Shown here: positions 30,564 to 44,068 of the stretch, piece after piece
Layout of the letters: each line of letters opens with the position of its first letter
How positions within the stretch are numbered: position 1 is the first letter of the stretch
NCBI GenBank assembly: GCA_038523235.1
Contig: JBCBJQ010000001.1
Span: 1-64,000 of the forward strand
Direction of reading: 5' to 3'
Source: Cyanobacteria bacterium J06626_4
GTDB lineage: Bacteria > Cyanobacteriota > Cyanobacteriia > Phormidesmidales > Phormidesmidaceae
Length of the DNA stretch: 64,000 bases
Program-made: the position numbers and the translations under genes
The notes under the pieces: generated by a model
Databases searched by the model: none
What the model was told of the DNA's origin: nothing
The model's input: the letters and a program-made list of their open reading frames with translations, nothing else

Positions 30564-30647
30564 GAAAATGCCGCAGCATAAATCTGTCTGTTTCCAGATT
30601 GCAGCGGTGAGAAAGTGGCTGCCAGCTGTCATAAGGGTTTATAACAA

Positions 30648-31868
30648 GTGCTGAAGAAATTAAAAAATCTCGGTCCAGGACTGATTGTAACCGCGGCTTT
30701 TATGGGGCCAGGGACGGTGACGACCGCCAGCATCACCGGTGCCAGCTTTGGCTTCGCTTTGCTCTGGGCGATCGCCTTCTCAACGGTCGCAACGATTGTG
30801 CTGCAGGAAATGGCCGGTCGTTTGGGCTTGGTTAGCCGCAAAGGCCTCGGAGAAGCCCTGGCAACGACCTTTAAGATACCCGCCGTGCGGATTGCCGCGA
30901 TTGCCTTGATGATTGCCGCGATCGCCTTTGGCAACGCCGCCTTTGAGACGGGGAACATCATCGGCACGGCGATCGGTCTGGAAGCCATTATTGGCGGCAG
31001 CACCCAAATCTGGGCAGTGCTGATCGGCATCATTGCCTTTGGGCTGCTCTACTTAGGTATTTACAAGCTCATTGAGAAGGTTTTAGTGGGCCTGGTTCTG
31101 ATCATGAGTGTGGTCTTCTTGCTGTCCGCGATCGTGGCGCGGCCTGATTTAGGAGCCGTGTTTTCGGGATTGTTTATCCCCCGGATTCCCGAAGGTTCGT
31201 TGGTGAGCGTGATTGCCCTGATTGGCACAACGGTGGTGCCCTACAACCTATTTCTGCATTCCAACTCCGTGCAGGAAAAATGGCCGGATGAGTCATCGGT
31301 GCCTGAGGCGATTAGCGAATCGCGCTTTGACACCATTGTCTCGATCACCTTAGGCGGACTCATTACCATGGCGATTTTGTGCACATCCGCAGCGGCTTTC
31401 TTTGGTGCCGGTACGACGATCGACAGCGCTGGGGCGATGGCCGAACAGCTAGAGCCATTACTCGGCCCAGCGGCGCGAATTTTCTTCGCCACGGGACTGT
31501 TTGCCGCGGGCATTACCAGCACGATTACGGCCCCACTGGCCACGGCCTACACGATCTGTGGCGCACTCGGCTGGGAGCAAAACCTTAAAACCATCAAGTT
31601 TCGCGTTATCTGGATTATCACGCTAGTAGTGGGTACGGTGCTGGCCGCTAGCGGGACCCGACCGCTGCAAGCCATTGTGTTTGCTCAGGCGGCCAATGGG
31701 CTGTTGTTACCCCTCGTGGCGGTCTTTCTCTTGTTTGTGATGAATCGTTCTGATCTGTTGGGAGAATACAAAAACAAGACGTTCACCAATATCTTGGGGT
31801 TCATTGTCGTTCTGGTCGCCGCCGGTCTGGGCGCCAACCAACTGCTGAAAGTATTTGGCGTAATCTAA
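30648..31868 (+). CDS. NRAMP-fold transporter, YcsG-like (putative oxoproline / amino-acid derivative uptake)
   Basis: GPGLIVTAAFMGPGT, LQEMAGRLG, GTTVVPYNLFLH; lacks metal-binding DPGN. Confidence 0.85.
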   Translation: MLKKLKNLGPGLIVTAAFMGPGTVTTASITGASFGFALLWAIAFSTVATIVLQEMAGRLGLVSRKGLGEALATTFKIPAVRIAAIALMIAAIAFGNAAFETGNIIGTAIGLEAIIGGSTQIWAVLIGIIAFGLLYLGIYKLIEKVLVGLVLIMSVVFLLSAIVARPDLGAVFSGLFIPRIPEGSLVSVIALIGTTVVPYNLFLHSNSVQEKWPDESSVPEAISESRFDTIVSITLGGLITMAILCTSAAAFFGAGTTIDSAGAMAEQLEPLLGPAARIFFATGLFAAGITSTITAPLATAYTICGALGWEQNLKTIKFRVIWIITLVVGTVLAASGTRPLQAIVFAQAANGLLLPLVAVFLLFVMNRSDLLGEYKNKTFTNILGFIVVLVAAGLGANQLLKVFGVI

Positions 31869-31892
31869 CCTGAGTCCGGAGCAAGATTGTAA

Positions 31893-32044
31893 AGGGTCTA
31901 CCCGAAGAATTTGAGGGTCAAATTCCCTTCCTGGAGGGGTGTTCGCAAGATGGGGTGAGTCTCTCCGAAAGCTTAACCCACCCCGTCAGCCGCTCCCAGG
32001 AGGGGAAAGTAACGGGTTTTGCCTCTTCAAAATTGATAGACCGT
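31893..32044. repeat. Palindromic MITE/REP-like element inside the operon
   Basis: Ends GGGTCTACC / GATAGACCG; nested TTCCCTTCCTGG/CCAGGAGGGGAA and GGGGTGAG/CCCACCCC inverted repeats. Confidence 0.65.
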
Positions 32045-32101
32045 TAGTTTTGTCGATAATTTCCGACGAATTCTCATTCATTGATTCGAGTTAAAGCATC
32101 C

Positions 32102-35100
32102 ATGCATCAAACCGAGGCACATACCGGCACCAGCAAGTCTGATGACAAGTGGCAGTTTTGGATCGACCGAGGCGGCACATTTACTGACGTGGTGGCCAAG
32201 CGACCCAACGGCGAAATCATCGTGCATAAGCTGCTGTCTGAGAATCCTGAGCAGTATCAAGATGCGCCCGTTCAGGGGATTCGTGACTGTTTGCAGCTAG
32301 GGCCAGACGAGCCGATCCCGGCTGAGCGGATTGCGGGGATTAAGATGGGCACGACGGTGGCGACCAATGCACTGCTAGAGCATCAGGGCGATCGCACCCT
32401 ATTTGTCACCACCCAAGGCTTTGGCGATGCCCTCAGAATCGGCTATCAAAATCGGCCCCAGATCTTTGCTCGCGAAATTGTGCTGCCGCAGATGCTCTAT
32501 GAGCAGGTGGTCGAAGTTGAGGAGAGAATCAGCGCTCAGGGTGAGGTGTTGACACCGCTGCAATCAGACGCGGCCCGCAGTCATCTACAGACAGCTTACG
32601 ATGCAGGAATTCGCAGCTGTGCGATCGCCCTGATGCATGGCTACCGCTACCCTCAGCACGAGCAAGCTCTAGGTGAACTGGCCCAGCAAATCGGCTTCAC
32701 TCAAATCTCGCTCTCCCATCAGGTCAGCCCGCTGATGAAACTGGTCAGCCGGGGCGATACGACGGTCGTGGATGCTTACCTGTCGCCGATTTTACGGCGC
32801 TATGTGGATCGGGTAACTAGTCAGATTTCCGGGGTCGATCATGCGCCACCGCTGATGTTTATGCAGTCGAATGGCGGCTTGAGTGACGCTCAATTCTTTC
32901 AGGGCAAAGACAGCATTCTCTCGGGTCCGGCTGGGGGCATTGTGGGGGCGGTGAAAACGAGTGAGCTGGCCGGATTCGAAAAAATTATTAGCTTTGATAT
33001 GGGCGGCACCTCTACCGATGTGGCGCACTATGCCGGTGAATATGAGCGCACGTTTGAGTCAGAAGTCGCAGGCGTGCGGCTGCGCACGCCGATGATGGCC
33101 ATTAATACGGTGGCGGCGGGTGGGGGCTCCATTGTGCAGTATGACGGCAGTCGCTATCGCGTGGGGCCTGCGTCTGCCGGGGCAAATCCGGGTCCGGCAA
33201 GCTATGGCCGGGGCGGGCCGCTCACTGTCACGGACTGTAATGTGCAGGTGGGTAAACTGCAGCCCGATTTCTTCCCCAAGGTGTTTGGCCCCAACGCGGA
33301 TGCGCCTTTGAATTCACAGGCCGTAGCAGAGAAATTTGAGCAGCTCGCGGCTGAAATTGGCGATGGCCGGAGTGTCGCGGCAGTGGCCGATGGGTTTTTG
33401 AGTATCGCGGTGGAGAAGATGGCCAGCGCGATCAAACAAATCTCGCTGCAAAAAGGCTATGACGTGTCCAAATACGCGCTCTGTTGCTTTGGCGGCGCGG
33501 GCGGGCAGCATGCCTGTTTGATTGCGGCGGCGCTGGGCATGAAGCGGATTTTGATTCATCCCTACGCGGGGGTGCTGTCGGCCTATGGCATTGGCCTGGC
33601 GGAATTGCGCGTATTGCGAGAAGGCTCCGTTGAAGCCCCGCTGACAGCGGACTTAGACCTGTCGCCTCGCTTTGACGAACTGATAGCCGATGCCGAGAAC
33701 GAACTTGCGCAGCAGTCCGTGCAGCCAATTGATGTGGAAACCCGGCGGCGATCGCATTTGAAATATGACGGCACTGACTCGACGCTGCTGGTCGAGTTTG
33801 ACACGGCGGAGCGGATGCAACAGCAGTTTGAAACCCAGCATCAGCAGCGCTATGGCTTTATCGCTGAAGGCAAAACCCTGGTAGTAGAGGCTATTTCGAT
33901 CGAGCTAGTGGCGCAAACTCAGCAGGCCGACGAACCGCGACAAGAACGCCAGTCGGCAGATGCCCCGCAGCCGGTGGCCCACACGAAGATTTACACCGCT
34001 GAAGACTGGCACGAGACGCCGATTTATCAGCGGCCAGATTTGCAACCCGGCGATCTCATTTCCGGGCCGGCGCTGATTATTGAAGCCACTGGCACCAATG
34101 TGGTTGAACCGAACTGGCAGGTTGAGGTGAGCGATCGCAACTACCTCATCCTCACGCATCAAGCTTCAGCAGAGACGTCAGAGAGTACCGACATCAGCAG
34201 CGCGACCGTTGATCCCGTCATGCTGGAAATCTTCAATAATCTGTTCCGCTCGATCGCCGAGCAGATGGGCACCACGCTGCAAAACACGAGCTATTCGGTG
34301 AATATCAAAGAACGGCTCGATTTTTCCTGCGCCATCTTTGACCAAAACGGGCAACTCGTCGCGAATGCGCCCCACATTCCCGTGCATTTGGGGTCGATGA
34401 GTGAGAGTGTCAAATCGCTGATCAACAGCCGGGGGGACGCGCTGCAACCGGGGGATGTGTATATCTTGAACAATCCCTACCACGGCGGCACCCACTTGCC
34501 CGATGTCACCGCCATTACTCCCGTCTTTGAAGCCGGGCAAGACACGGTGCTGTTTTATCTGGCTTCGCGCGGGCACCATGCGGATATTGGGGGCATCACG
34601 CCCGGGTCAATGCCCTCCAATAGTACGTCGGTAGAGCAGGAAGGCGTGTTGTTTGACAACTTTCAACTCGTTGAGGCGGGCCAGTTTCGCGAAGCCGAAC
34701 TGCAAGAGAGGTTGACCGCAGGCCAGTATCCGGTGCGCAATCCGACTCAAAATATTGCCGATTTACAGGCGCAGATTGCAGCGAATGAGAAAGGCGTACA
34801 AGAGCTGCTGCGGATGCTGGAGCAGTATGGGTTAGCGACCGTGCAAGCCTACATGGGCTATGTGCAAGACAATGCGGAAGCAGCAGTGCGGCGAGCGATT
34901 GATCGGCTGGGCAATGGCCGCTTTACTTATGAGCTGGATAGTGGCGATCGCATCCAAGTCACCATTCAAATTCACAAGGGCGATCGCAGCGCCACGATTG
35001 ACTTTTCCGGCACCTCACCCCAGCTCAACAACAACTTTAATGCGCCCGCTGCTGTCTGCAAGGCGGCGGTTCTCTACGTCTTTAGAACCCTGGTCGATGA

Positions 35101-35737
35101 CGATATTCCGCTCAATGCTGGCTGTCTCAAACCCTTGAAGATTGTCATTCCCGAGGGCTGTTTGCTCAATCCGGAATATCCCGCTGCGGTGGTAGCCGGT
35201 AATGTCGAAACCTCACAGGCGATCGTCGATACGCTGTATGGCGCTTTAGGCGTCTTAGCTGCCTCTCAAGGCACGATGAACAACTTCACCTTTGGCAATC
35301 AGCTCTACCAATACTACGAGACCATCTGCGGCGGGTCTGGCGCGGGGCCTGACTTTGCGGGCACAGACGCCGTGCAAACTCACATGACCAACTCTCACCT
35401 GACTGATCCAGAAGTCCTGGAATGGCGATTTCCCGTGCTTTTAGAAAGCTTCTCGATTCGACCCAACAGCGGCGGTGCGGGCCAGTATCGTGGGGGGCAT
35501 GGGGTGATTCGGCGGCTGCAGTTCACCGAACCGATGACCGCAGCGATTCTCTCTAGCCACCGTCGGCTTCCCCCCTTTGGACAGGCGGGTGGCGCAGCCG
35601 GTACCATCGGCCACAACTGGATTCAACGCCACGATGGCAGCCGCGAAGACCTCGCTGGCACCGCCACAGTGGATATGGCGGCAGGCGATACGTTTGTCAT
35701 CGAAACTCCCGGTGGTGGCGGCTTTGGCAGCCAATAA
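32102..35737 (+). CDS. ATP-dependent 5-oxoprolinase (fused hydantoinase A/B)
   Basis: IDRGGTFTD, GTTVATNALL, SGPAGG, DMGGTSTD, NIKERLDFSCA, HIPVHLG, YETICGG, TPGGGG. Confidence 0.95.
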   Translation: MHQTEAHTGTSKSDDKWQFWIDRGGTFTDVVAKRPNGEIIVHKLLSENPEQYQDAPVQGIRDCLQLGPDEPIPAERIAGIKMGTTVATNALLEHQGDRTLFVTTQGFGDALRIGYQNRPQIFAREIVLPQMLYEQVVEVEERISAQGEVLTPLQSDAARSHLQTAYDAGIRSCAIALMHGYRYPQHEQALGELAQQIGFTQISLSHQVSPLMKLVSRGDTTVVDAYLSPILRRYVDRVTSQISGVDHAPPLMFMQSNGGLSDAQFFQGKDSILSGPAGGIVGAVKTSELAGFEKIISFDMGGTSTDVAHYAGEYERTFESEVAGVRLRTPMMAINTVAAGGGSIVQYDGSRYRVGPASAGANPGPASYGRGGPLTVTDCNVQVGKLQPDFFPKVFGPNADAPLNSQAVAEKFEQLAAEIGDGRSVAAVADGFLSIAVEKMASAIKQISLQKGYDVSKYALCCFGGAGGQHACLIAAALGMKRILIHPYAGVLSAYGIGLAELRVLREGSVEAPLTADLDLSPRFDELIADAENELAQQSVQPIDVETRRRSHLKYDGTDSTLLVEFDTAERMQQQFETQHQQRYGFIAEGKTLVVEAISIELVAQTQQADEPRQERQSADAPQPVAHTKIYTAEDWHETPIYQRPDLQPGDLISGPALIIEATGTNVVEPNWQVEVSDRNYLILTHQASAETSESTDISSATVDPVMLEIFNNLFRSIAEQMGTTLQNTSYSVNIKERLDFSCAIFDQNGQLVANAPHIPVHLGSMSESVKSLINSRGDALQPGDVYILNNPYHGGTHLPDVTAITPVFEAGQDTVLFYLASRGHHADIGGITPGSMPSNSTSVEQEGVLFDNFQLVEAGQFREAELQERLTAGQYPVRNPTQNIADLQAQIAANEKGVQELLRMLEQYGLATVQAYMGYVQDNAEAAVRRAIDRLGNGRFTYELDSGDRIQVTIQIHKGDRSATIDFSGTSPQLNNNFNAPAAVCKAAVLYVFRTLVDDDIPLNAGCLKPLKIVIPEGCLLNPEYPAAVVAGNVETSQAIVDTLYGALGVLAASQGTMNNFTFGNQLYQYYETICGGSGAGPDFAGTDAVQTHMTNSHLTDPEVLEWRFPVLLESFSIRPNSGGAGQYRGGHGVIRRLQFTEPMTAAILSSHRRLPPFGQAGGAAGTIGHNWIQRHDGSREDLAGTATVDMAAGDTFVIETPGGGGFGSQ

Positions 35738-35837
35738 AAGCGGTAGTTAAATCGGCTCTAGGGGTGCGCTCGAAATAAAATTACGCTCAAAATCCTCACC
35801 TCCAAGCTCGCTGGGCAGGCTCCACCCTCACTCCCTC

Positions 35838-36626
35838 ATGCAATCTCTAAAGTCACTGACACCCCAAGACGTTCGACTTCAATGTCGCAGCGGGGCTCTC
35901 GATCAGCCCACAGCGGGACTCACACTGGGCTACGTGCAAACCAACCTGGTGATTTTGCCCAGTCACTTAGCAGCTGAGTTCTTGTTGTTTTGCCAGCAAA
36001 ATCACCAGCCCTGCCCGGTTTTAGAAGTCTTAGATCAAGGCAATCCAGAACCGCAGCAGTTTGCCCCAGCGGCTGACATCCGTACCGACCTGCCCGGCTA
36101 TCGCGTGTTTAGGGAAGGCAAGTTAATAGAAGAGCGCACCGAGATCGCATCGCTATGGACAGATGATCTAGTCGGCTTTCTAATTGGGTGTTCCTTCTCT
36201 TTTGAGGAGGCCATGCTGAAGGCCGGGCTAACGATTCGCCATATTGAAGAAAATAAGAATGTGCCCATGTATCGCACAGCGCTGCTCTGCCAGCCGACCG
36301 ATCGCTTTTCTGGGCCAATGGTAGTTTCGATGCGGCCCCTCCCTACCGACCAAATTGCCCAAGCGGTAGACATTACCGGGCGATACGAACAGGTTCACGG
36401 TGCGCCGGTGCATATCGGCGATCCGGCTGAGATTGGCATTCAAGATATCTCTAGTCCGGACTACGGCGAGGCGGTGACCATTCATCCAGGGGAAATACCA
36501 GTATTTTGGGCCTGCGGCGTCACGCCGCAAGCGGCCCTTATGCAAGCTAAACCGGAGCTAGCGATTACCCATGCACCCGGCTGTATGCTCGTCACCGATG
36601 TGAAGAACGAGTCGCTACGTCAATAG
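35838..36626 (+). CDS. DUF1445 / YcsI family putative hydro-lyase (D-glutamate cyclase-like)
   Basis: PTAG...QTNLVILP, DIRTDLP, GCSFSFE, VSMRP, FWACGVTPQ, THAPG. Confidence 0.9.
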   Translation: MQSLKSLTPQDVRLQCRSGALDQPTAGLTLGYVQTNLVILPSHLAAEFLLFCQQNHQPCPVLEVLDQGNPEPQQFAPAADIRTDLPGYRVFREGKLIEERTEIASLWTDDLVGFLIGCSFSFEEAMLKAGLTIRHIEENKNVPMYRTALLCQPTDRFSGPMVVSMRPLPTDQIAQAVDITGRYEQVHGAPVHIGDPAEIGIQDISSPDYGEAVTIHPGEIPVFWACGVTPQAALMQAKPELAITHAPGCMLVTDVKNESLRQ

Positions 36627-36788
36627 GACTGGCGGTTACAGAGTACGTGTCAACGCTGAAACTGGCCGATGAGACAGCGCTAAACGTCAGCGTTTGAGTC
36701 ATCTCAACCTCACCTGGCAATGGTCCTCGATGCGGCCTCTACGGCCTCTGGCTCCTTCTGTTTCAACGCGCCCTTTGTCCGCCACAGC

Positions 36789-37361
36789 TCACCCCTCTAC
36801 TCGCCTTCCCTCCTCTTCAACCAGCGACTTGTACAGCATCACCGCATCGACATAGCGTCCGTCTGGTAAATAGGCTGCCTGAGGCACCCGCCCAATCTCG
36901 TGAAATCCCAAAGACTGCCATAGCTTGAGAGAAGGCACATTGGTTTCAAACACGAGGTTATACATCACGGCGCGGTAACCGCGATCGCGGGCGACATCCA
37001 GCATGACTTCTCCCATCAGACGGCCCAGCCCCTGACCTCGCATTTGAGGGGTTACAATGAATCCGGCATTACCAATGTGGCTACAGCGCCCAGGAAAGTT
37101 GGGTTTGAGATAGAATGCCCCCACGACCTGAGCCGAGTTGTTCACATCAGCTGGCGCTGGCAGGCGCACGACAAACGCCTCGCCTTTCAGCCAATAATTC
37201 GCAAAAGCCTCTACCGAAAGGGGGGCCGATTGAGGATAACTCACCCCGTCTAACACGATCTGATTCAGCATTTCCCTTACCCCAGTCGCTTCGTGGGGCT
37301 GCATCAGGTCAACACAGACAGGGAGTTCAGACTTGGTGTGACGGTAAATGGGGAGATCCAT
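36789..37361 (-). CDS. GNAT N-acetyltransferase
   Basis: FYLKPNFPGRCSHIGNAGF, RGQGLG, NLVFETN. Confidence 0.9.
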   Translation of the reverse strand: MDLPIYRHTKSELPVCVDLMQPHEATGVREMLNQIVLDGVSYPQSAPLSVEAFANYWLKGEAFVVRLPAPADVNNSAQVVGAFYLKPNFPGRCSHIGNAGFIVTPQMRGQGLGRLMGEVMLDVARDRGYRAVMYNLVFETNVPSLKLWQSLGFHEIGRVPQAAYLPDGRYVDAVMLYKSLVEEEGRRVEG

Positions 37362-37411
37362 AGACGATCAGGCTAAGGCATCAAAGGTTTGTTGATTGAT
37401 TTGAGTGTGGC

Positions 37412-40597
<3,186 letters not shown>

Positions 40598-40883
40598 CCA
40601 CAGTCGTCTACAGCAGAAGTCAGATGCGGCAAGTTTGGAAGTCAGCGTTGAAGGGGTAATTAAATCGCCATTTCAGCCATCCGGAGTCCCTTGATCAAAG
40701 TGCCGCTGGTCAAAAGCCTCCAGATCACTGAACCTGAGTTACCAGCCCCATCAGGCGAATGGGAGACAGATGCGAGTAGGGTCTAATTTCCCAAGTCCTC
40801 AAGGCTTGACCAGACATTGATAGCGCGCCCCAGCAGCGCTATGAGCCATAGTTTTGCCCCTCTGGATGCCGAATTTTGTGCCC

Positions 40884-40977
40884 TACAGCGAGCCGCAGTC
40901 AAGCTTGGGCACTTTTGAGCGCTTTCGGCAAGCCCCTTCCCTGTACCTTGAACCCTGCCTTTTTACCCTCTGTAATA
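40884..40977 (-). repeat. MITE-like element (family B, copy 2)
   Basis: Reverse complement aligns with 18913-19015 (GGGTTCAAGGT.CAGGGAAGG and TGACTGCGGCTCGCT). Confidence 0.7.
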
Positions 40978-41103
40978 GGACAAAAAGACTTTAGTCTCGT
41001 TCAAGGCGGCAAAATTTCCATCCCAACATTCTTTCACACCAGGCAAAAGAGGAGCGGTACCGCTGCAGTTGGGATAGTGCTGGCCAGAGACCGTTGTCTC
41101 GCT

Positions 41104-41451
41104 TTAGTCTTCGTCTTCGTCAGAAAGGAGAGAACCAGTGAGGGAAACTTCCATTTCCATGCGCTGTTCCATCTGACGCAAGAAATAGCCCGTCATCATG
41201 GCCGATGCCAACAGACCAGCGAGGTTCTCGCGATCAGTCGTGATCTGGACGTTGAAGCCATCGCCCGGCAAGACTCCGATGAGCCCCTGGACATTTTGAG
41301 AAATAATTTGTTTGATCTCGGGAGTGACCGCCTGGGCTACTCGGCTCAACACATCAGGCGACTGATGTTTGAGATATTGAAGCAGCTGGTTGCCCGCCTC
41401 ATCATCGACGTGCAGACCAACAAAATCAACGCGCTCAGGGTTAAATGTCAT
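41104..41451 (-). CDS. DUF760 family protein
   Basis: LLQYL...ENLAGLLASAMMTGYFLRQME. Confidence 0.9.
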   Translation of the reverse strand: MTFNPERVDFVGLHVDDEAGNQLLQYLKHQSPDVLSRVAQAVTPEIKQIISQNVQGLIGVLPGDGFNVQITTDRENLAGLLASAMMTGYFLRQMEQRMEMEVSLTGSLLSDEDED

Positions 41452-41844
41452 AAAGCTCTGTTTACTATCTCCCTTAACCTCAGATTCAATGACTTGATTA
41501 TTCCAGTCATTGTAGTGCTCAGATGCTTGATATTTTTACCTGAATCGAAGCATTTCAGCTTGATTCATCTTCAAACAACGGGATTTTGGACTCGATTGTG
41601 CTACTACTTTAGCAAATGATTGGCTTTTGCCCAGGGTCTGTCACCATTTCGGCAGGATCTGACGTGTAGCAAACATTTTTTTACAGTGTGCGGAGTTTGT
41701 CTCCCCGTGCTCAGACTCTCGCTAGTCATCTGGTCAAGGCCGGGGCGCAGAGGGGGCAGCTGGCTTCAGCACAGCGGTCTTACCGGCCCTGGCAAATGGT
41801 GTGGCAATGCGTGCGGTTAGGCTTCGCCTCATTAGTAAAGCCGC

Positions 41845-42483
41845 CTAGGAAACTGCTTCTGAAGAGGCCAGACTAGTATTGTCTGACTCGACAGTTCCAG
41901 ATACCGCTGCGGCTAACGCTTCGGGCTCGGCGGGGATGGTTGGCTCTGCTTCAGCTTCGCTCGCCGGTACTGCTTCGGCCTCAGAATTAGCCACTGGCGG
42001 CACGACTTTTTGCGTAAACGCCGGTAAATCGTCAATTTCAAAATGCTGGTGAAACTTGTTGGTCACCTGCAGCCAGAACGATCGCCCGTCTGCCTGACGA
42101 CGCTTGCGCACGAACCCTAGCCGCACTAATTCATGCACATGCTGATAGGCCCCCGACCCGCGCAGATCAATCAAATCAGTTTGGGCCAGGGGGCCACGCA
42201 GGGCGATCGCCGCTAGCGTACGCAAAGCGCCAACCCCCAGATCGAGGGGAATCAGGGTATCGACCAAATGACGAAAGCCTGATTTGAGCTGCAGACAATA
42301 CCCCTCTTTGGTTTCAATAATTTCGAGGGCGCTTTCACGATGGGCATATTCGTTCATCAGCTCCATCAGTCCCTCTTCGGCCATTTCGCGATCGCACCCC
42401 GCATGCTCGGCGAGGCGGGCAATGTTGAGGGGGCGTCCCTTGAGATACAGGATGGCTTCGATGACGCTGGCCAGTTTAGGCAT
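41845..42483 (-). CDS. scpB: SMC-Scp complex subunit ScpB
   Basis: IEAILY, ALRTLAAIA, GPLAQTDLIDLRG, T.KF. Confidence 0.93.
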   Translation of the reverse strand: MPKLASVIEAILYLKGRPLNIARLAEHAGCDREMAEEGLMELMNEYAHRESALEIIETKEGYCLQLKSGFRHLVDTLIPLDLGVGALRTLAAIALRGPLAQTDLIDLRGSGAYQHVHELVRLGFVRKRRQADGRSFWLQVTNKFHQHFEIDDLPAFTQKVVPPVANSEAEAVPASEAEAEPTIPAEPEALAAAVSGTVESDNTSLASSEAVS

Positions 42484-42491
42484 CGTGGCGG

Positions 42492-43343
42492 TTAATCCAG
42501 ATTGCGACCGGTGAGTTCTACAAAGATATCTTCTAAATTCGATGGGCGAGTCATCATACCGATTTTGTCGGGCTGCTGGTCAAAGTATTCGTTGGCTGCC
42601 ACCAGCGTTGGAAAGAACTGATATTCCCAGCGATCGCCTTGCTGTTTCATGACAATGCCCTCGCCATGCTTCTGGCGTAGCTCTTCGACGGTGCCCAGCT
42701 CAATCAGCTGTCCCTGGTCGAGAATGCCGACGCGATCGCAGAGGAATTCCACTTCTTCCATATAGTGGCTGGTCAGCAGCATGGTCATGCCCTGGCGATT
42801 GAGATTCCGAATGATTTCCCACAGGCGGCGGCGCGCTTGTGGATCGAGCCCCACCGTGGGCTCATCTAAAAACAGGATTTTTGGATTGTGCAGCAGGGCG
42901 CGGGCAATTTGCAGTCGCCGCTTCATACCGCCCGAGAGAGTTTTGACTTTGCTGTCGCGGCGATCGCTCAGGTCGACAAAATCGAGCCATTCTTGGATGC
43001 GTTTTTGTCGCGGCCCAGCGGGGATATGGTGCATCCGGCCATGCAGTTCCATATTTTCCCAAACGGTCAGATCGCCATCAACGCTGGTTTGCTGCAAGAC
43101 GACGCCAATTTGTTCGCGCACCTGCGTCGGCTGACGCTGCACGTCGTGGCCCGCGACCACCAGATTGCCGTCGGAGGGTTGGGTCAGGGTGGTCAACATG
43201 CGAATAGTGGTTGATTTGCCCGCGCCATTGGGGCCTAGCAGGCCGAAGCTCTCGCCCGGTTGAATGAGTAGAGACAGATCGTTGACCACATGCACGTTGC
43301 CATAGACCTTATGCAAATTTTGAACACAAACAGCGGCTGTCAT
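42492..43343 (-). CDS. ABC transporter ATP-binding protein (DrrA/NodI-like)
   Basis: GPNGAGKST, LSGGMKRR, LDEPT, SHYMEE. Confidence 0.93.
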   Translation of the reverse strand: MTAAVCVQNLHKVYGNVHVVNDLSLLIQPGESFGLLGPNGAGKSTTIRMLTTLTQPSDGNLVVAGHDVQRQPTQVREQIGVVLQQTSVDGDLTVWENMELHGRMHHIPAGPRQKRIQEWLDFVDLSDRRDSKVKTLSGGMKRRLQIARALLHNPKILFLDEPTVGLDPQARRRLWEIIRNLNRQGMTMLLTSHYMEEVEFLCDRVGILDQGQLIELGTVEELRQKHGEGIVMKQQGDRWEYQFFPTLVAANEYFDQQPDKIGMMTRPSNLEDIFVELTGRNLD

Positions 43344-43481
43344 AACTTTGTCGGCGAGCACTCAACGAAAGGGTTGGAAATAAGTGCCCAATAAATTTAA
43401 GGTATCAAAAGCCTGGGCCGCCATTGCGGTCATTGCCCAAATTTGCGGGCCCGGCGTGCCGTCCATTTTTGCCCTGACCCT

Positions 43482-43793
43482 ATGCGCTGTCGCCTTGATT
43501 TTCCGATTTTGCTGCTGCACAAAGATGATGTGCCGCCCTACAAAAAACAGGGACCGGTGGTGCGCAACAGTTACTTTTGGGCGCTGAAATCCATCGCGGA
43601 TACGGCTCGGTTTGATCAGCCCTGGGAGTTTGATCAATCGGTGTGGGTGGCGCTGTGTCGTCTGCTCAACTCGTTTGCATTGTCAGGCTATTTGGGCGAT
43701 CGCGAAACGCTACTTGAATTTCCCCCCGATGCGGAAATTCCCGATAGCCTATGCTCCATCAGTACCTGGGCTGCCGATGAGAGTTGGGAGTAG
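43482..43793 (+). CDS. Small conserved hypothetical protein
   Basis: PPYKKQG.VVRNSYFWALKSIA, SGYLG.RET.LEF; protein-like composition, divergent from the ABC gene. Confidence 0.65.
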   Translation: MRCRLDFPILLLHKDDVPPYKKQGPVVRNSYFWALKSIADTARFDQPWEFDQSVWVALCRLLNSFALSGYLGDRETLLEFPPDAEIPDSLCSISTWAADESWE

Positions 43794-44068
43794 GGCAGTA
43801 TTCAGTCCTAGCGATCGCGGATACATTTGCAGAGCAAAGGCTTATGATGCGATCTCGCCACTCCAAACAATGAAAATCCGGGTGTTCGCTGCGGATGGGT
43901 GGCTCAGAAAGTAGGCTGGAAACTCAATGTCATCCGCTGGGAATTGACCTCACCCTACACGGAGGTTATTTTCTGAAACAAATTAAAAATGGTGTCAGCC
44001 CTCAGGCTGCAAAGCGCCCTTGGAAGAATGCTGCTCCATTCTAGAAAAACAGAGAGTAGAGCATACAG

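Noticed and set aside
30648..31868. Calling the transporter mntH
   Set aside because: Lacks the DPGN metal-binding motif, and the context points to an organic substrate.
40876..41619. 247-aa plus-strand ORF
   Set aside because: Antisense to the DUF760 gene and runs through a repeat; no motif.
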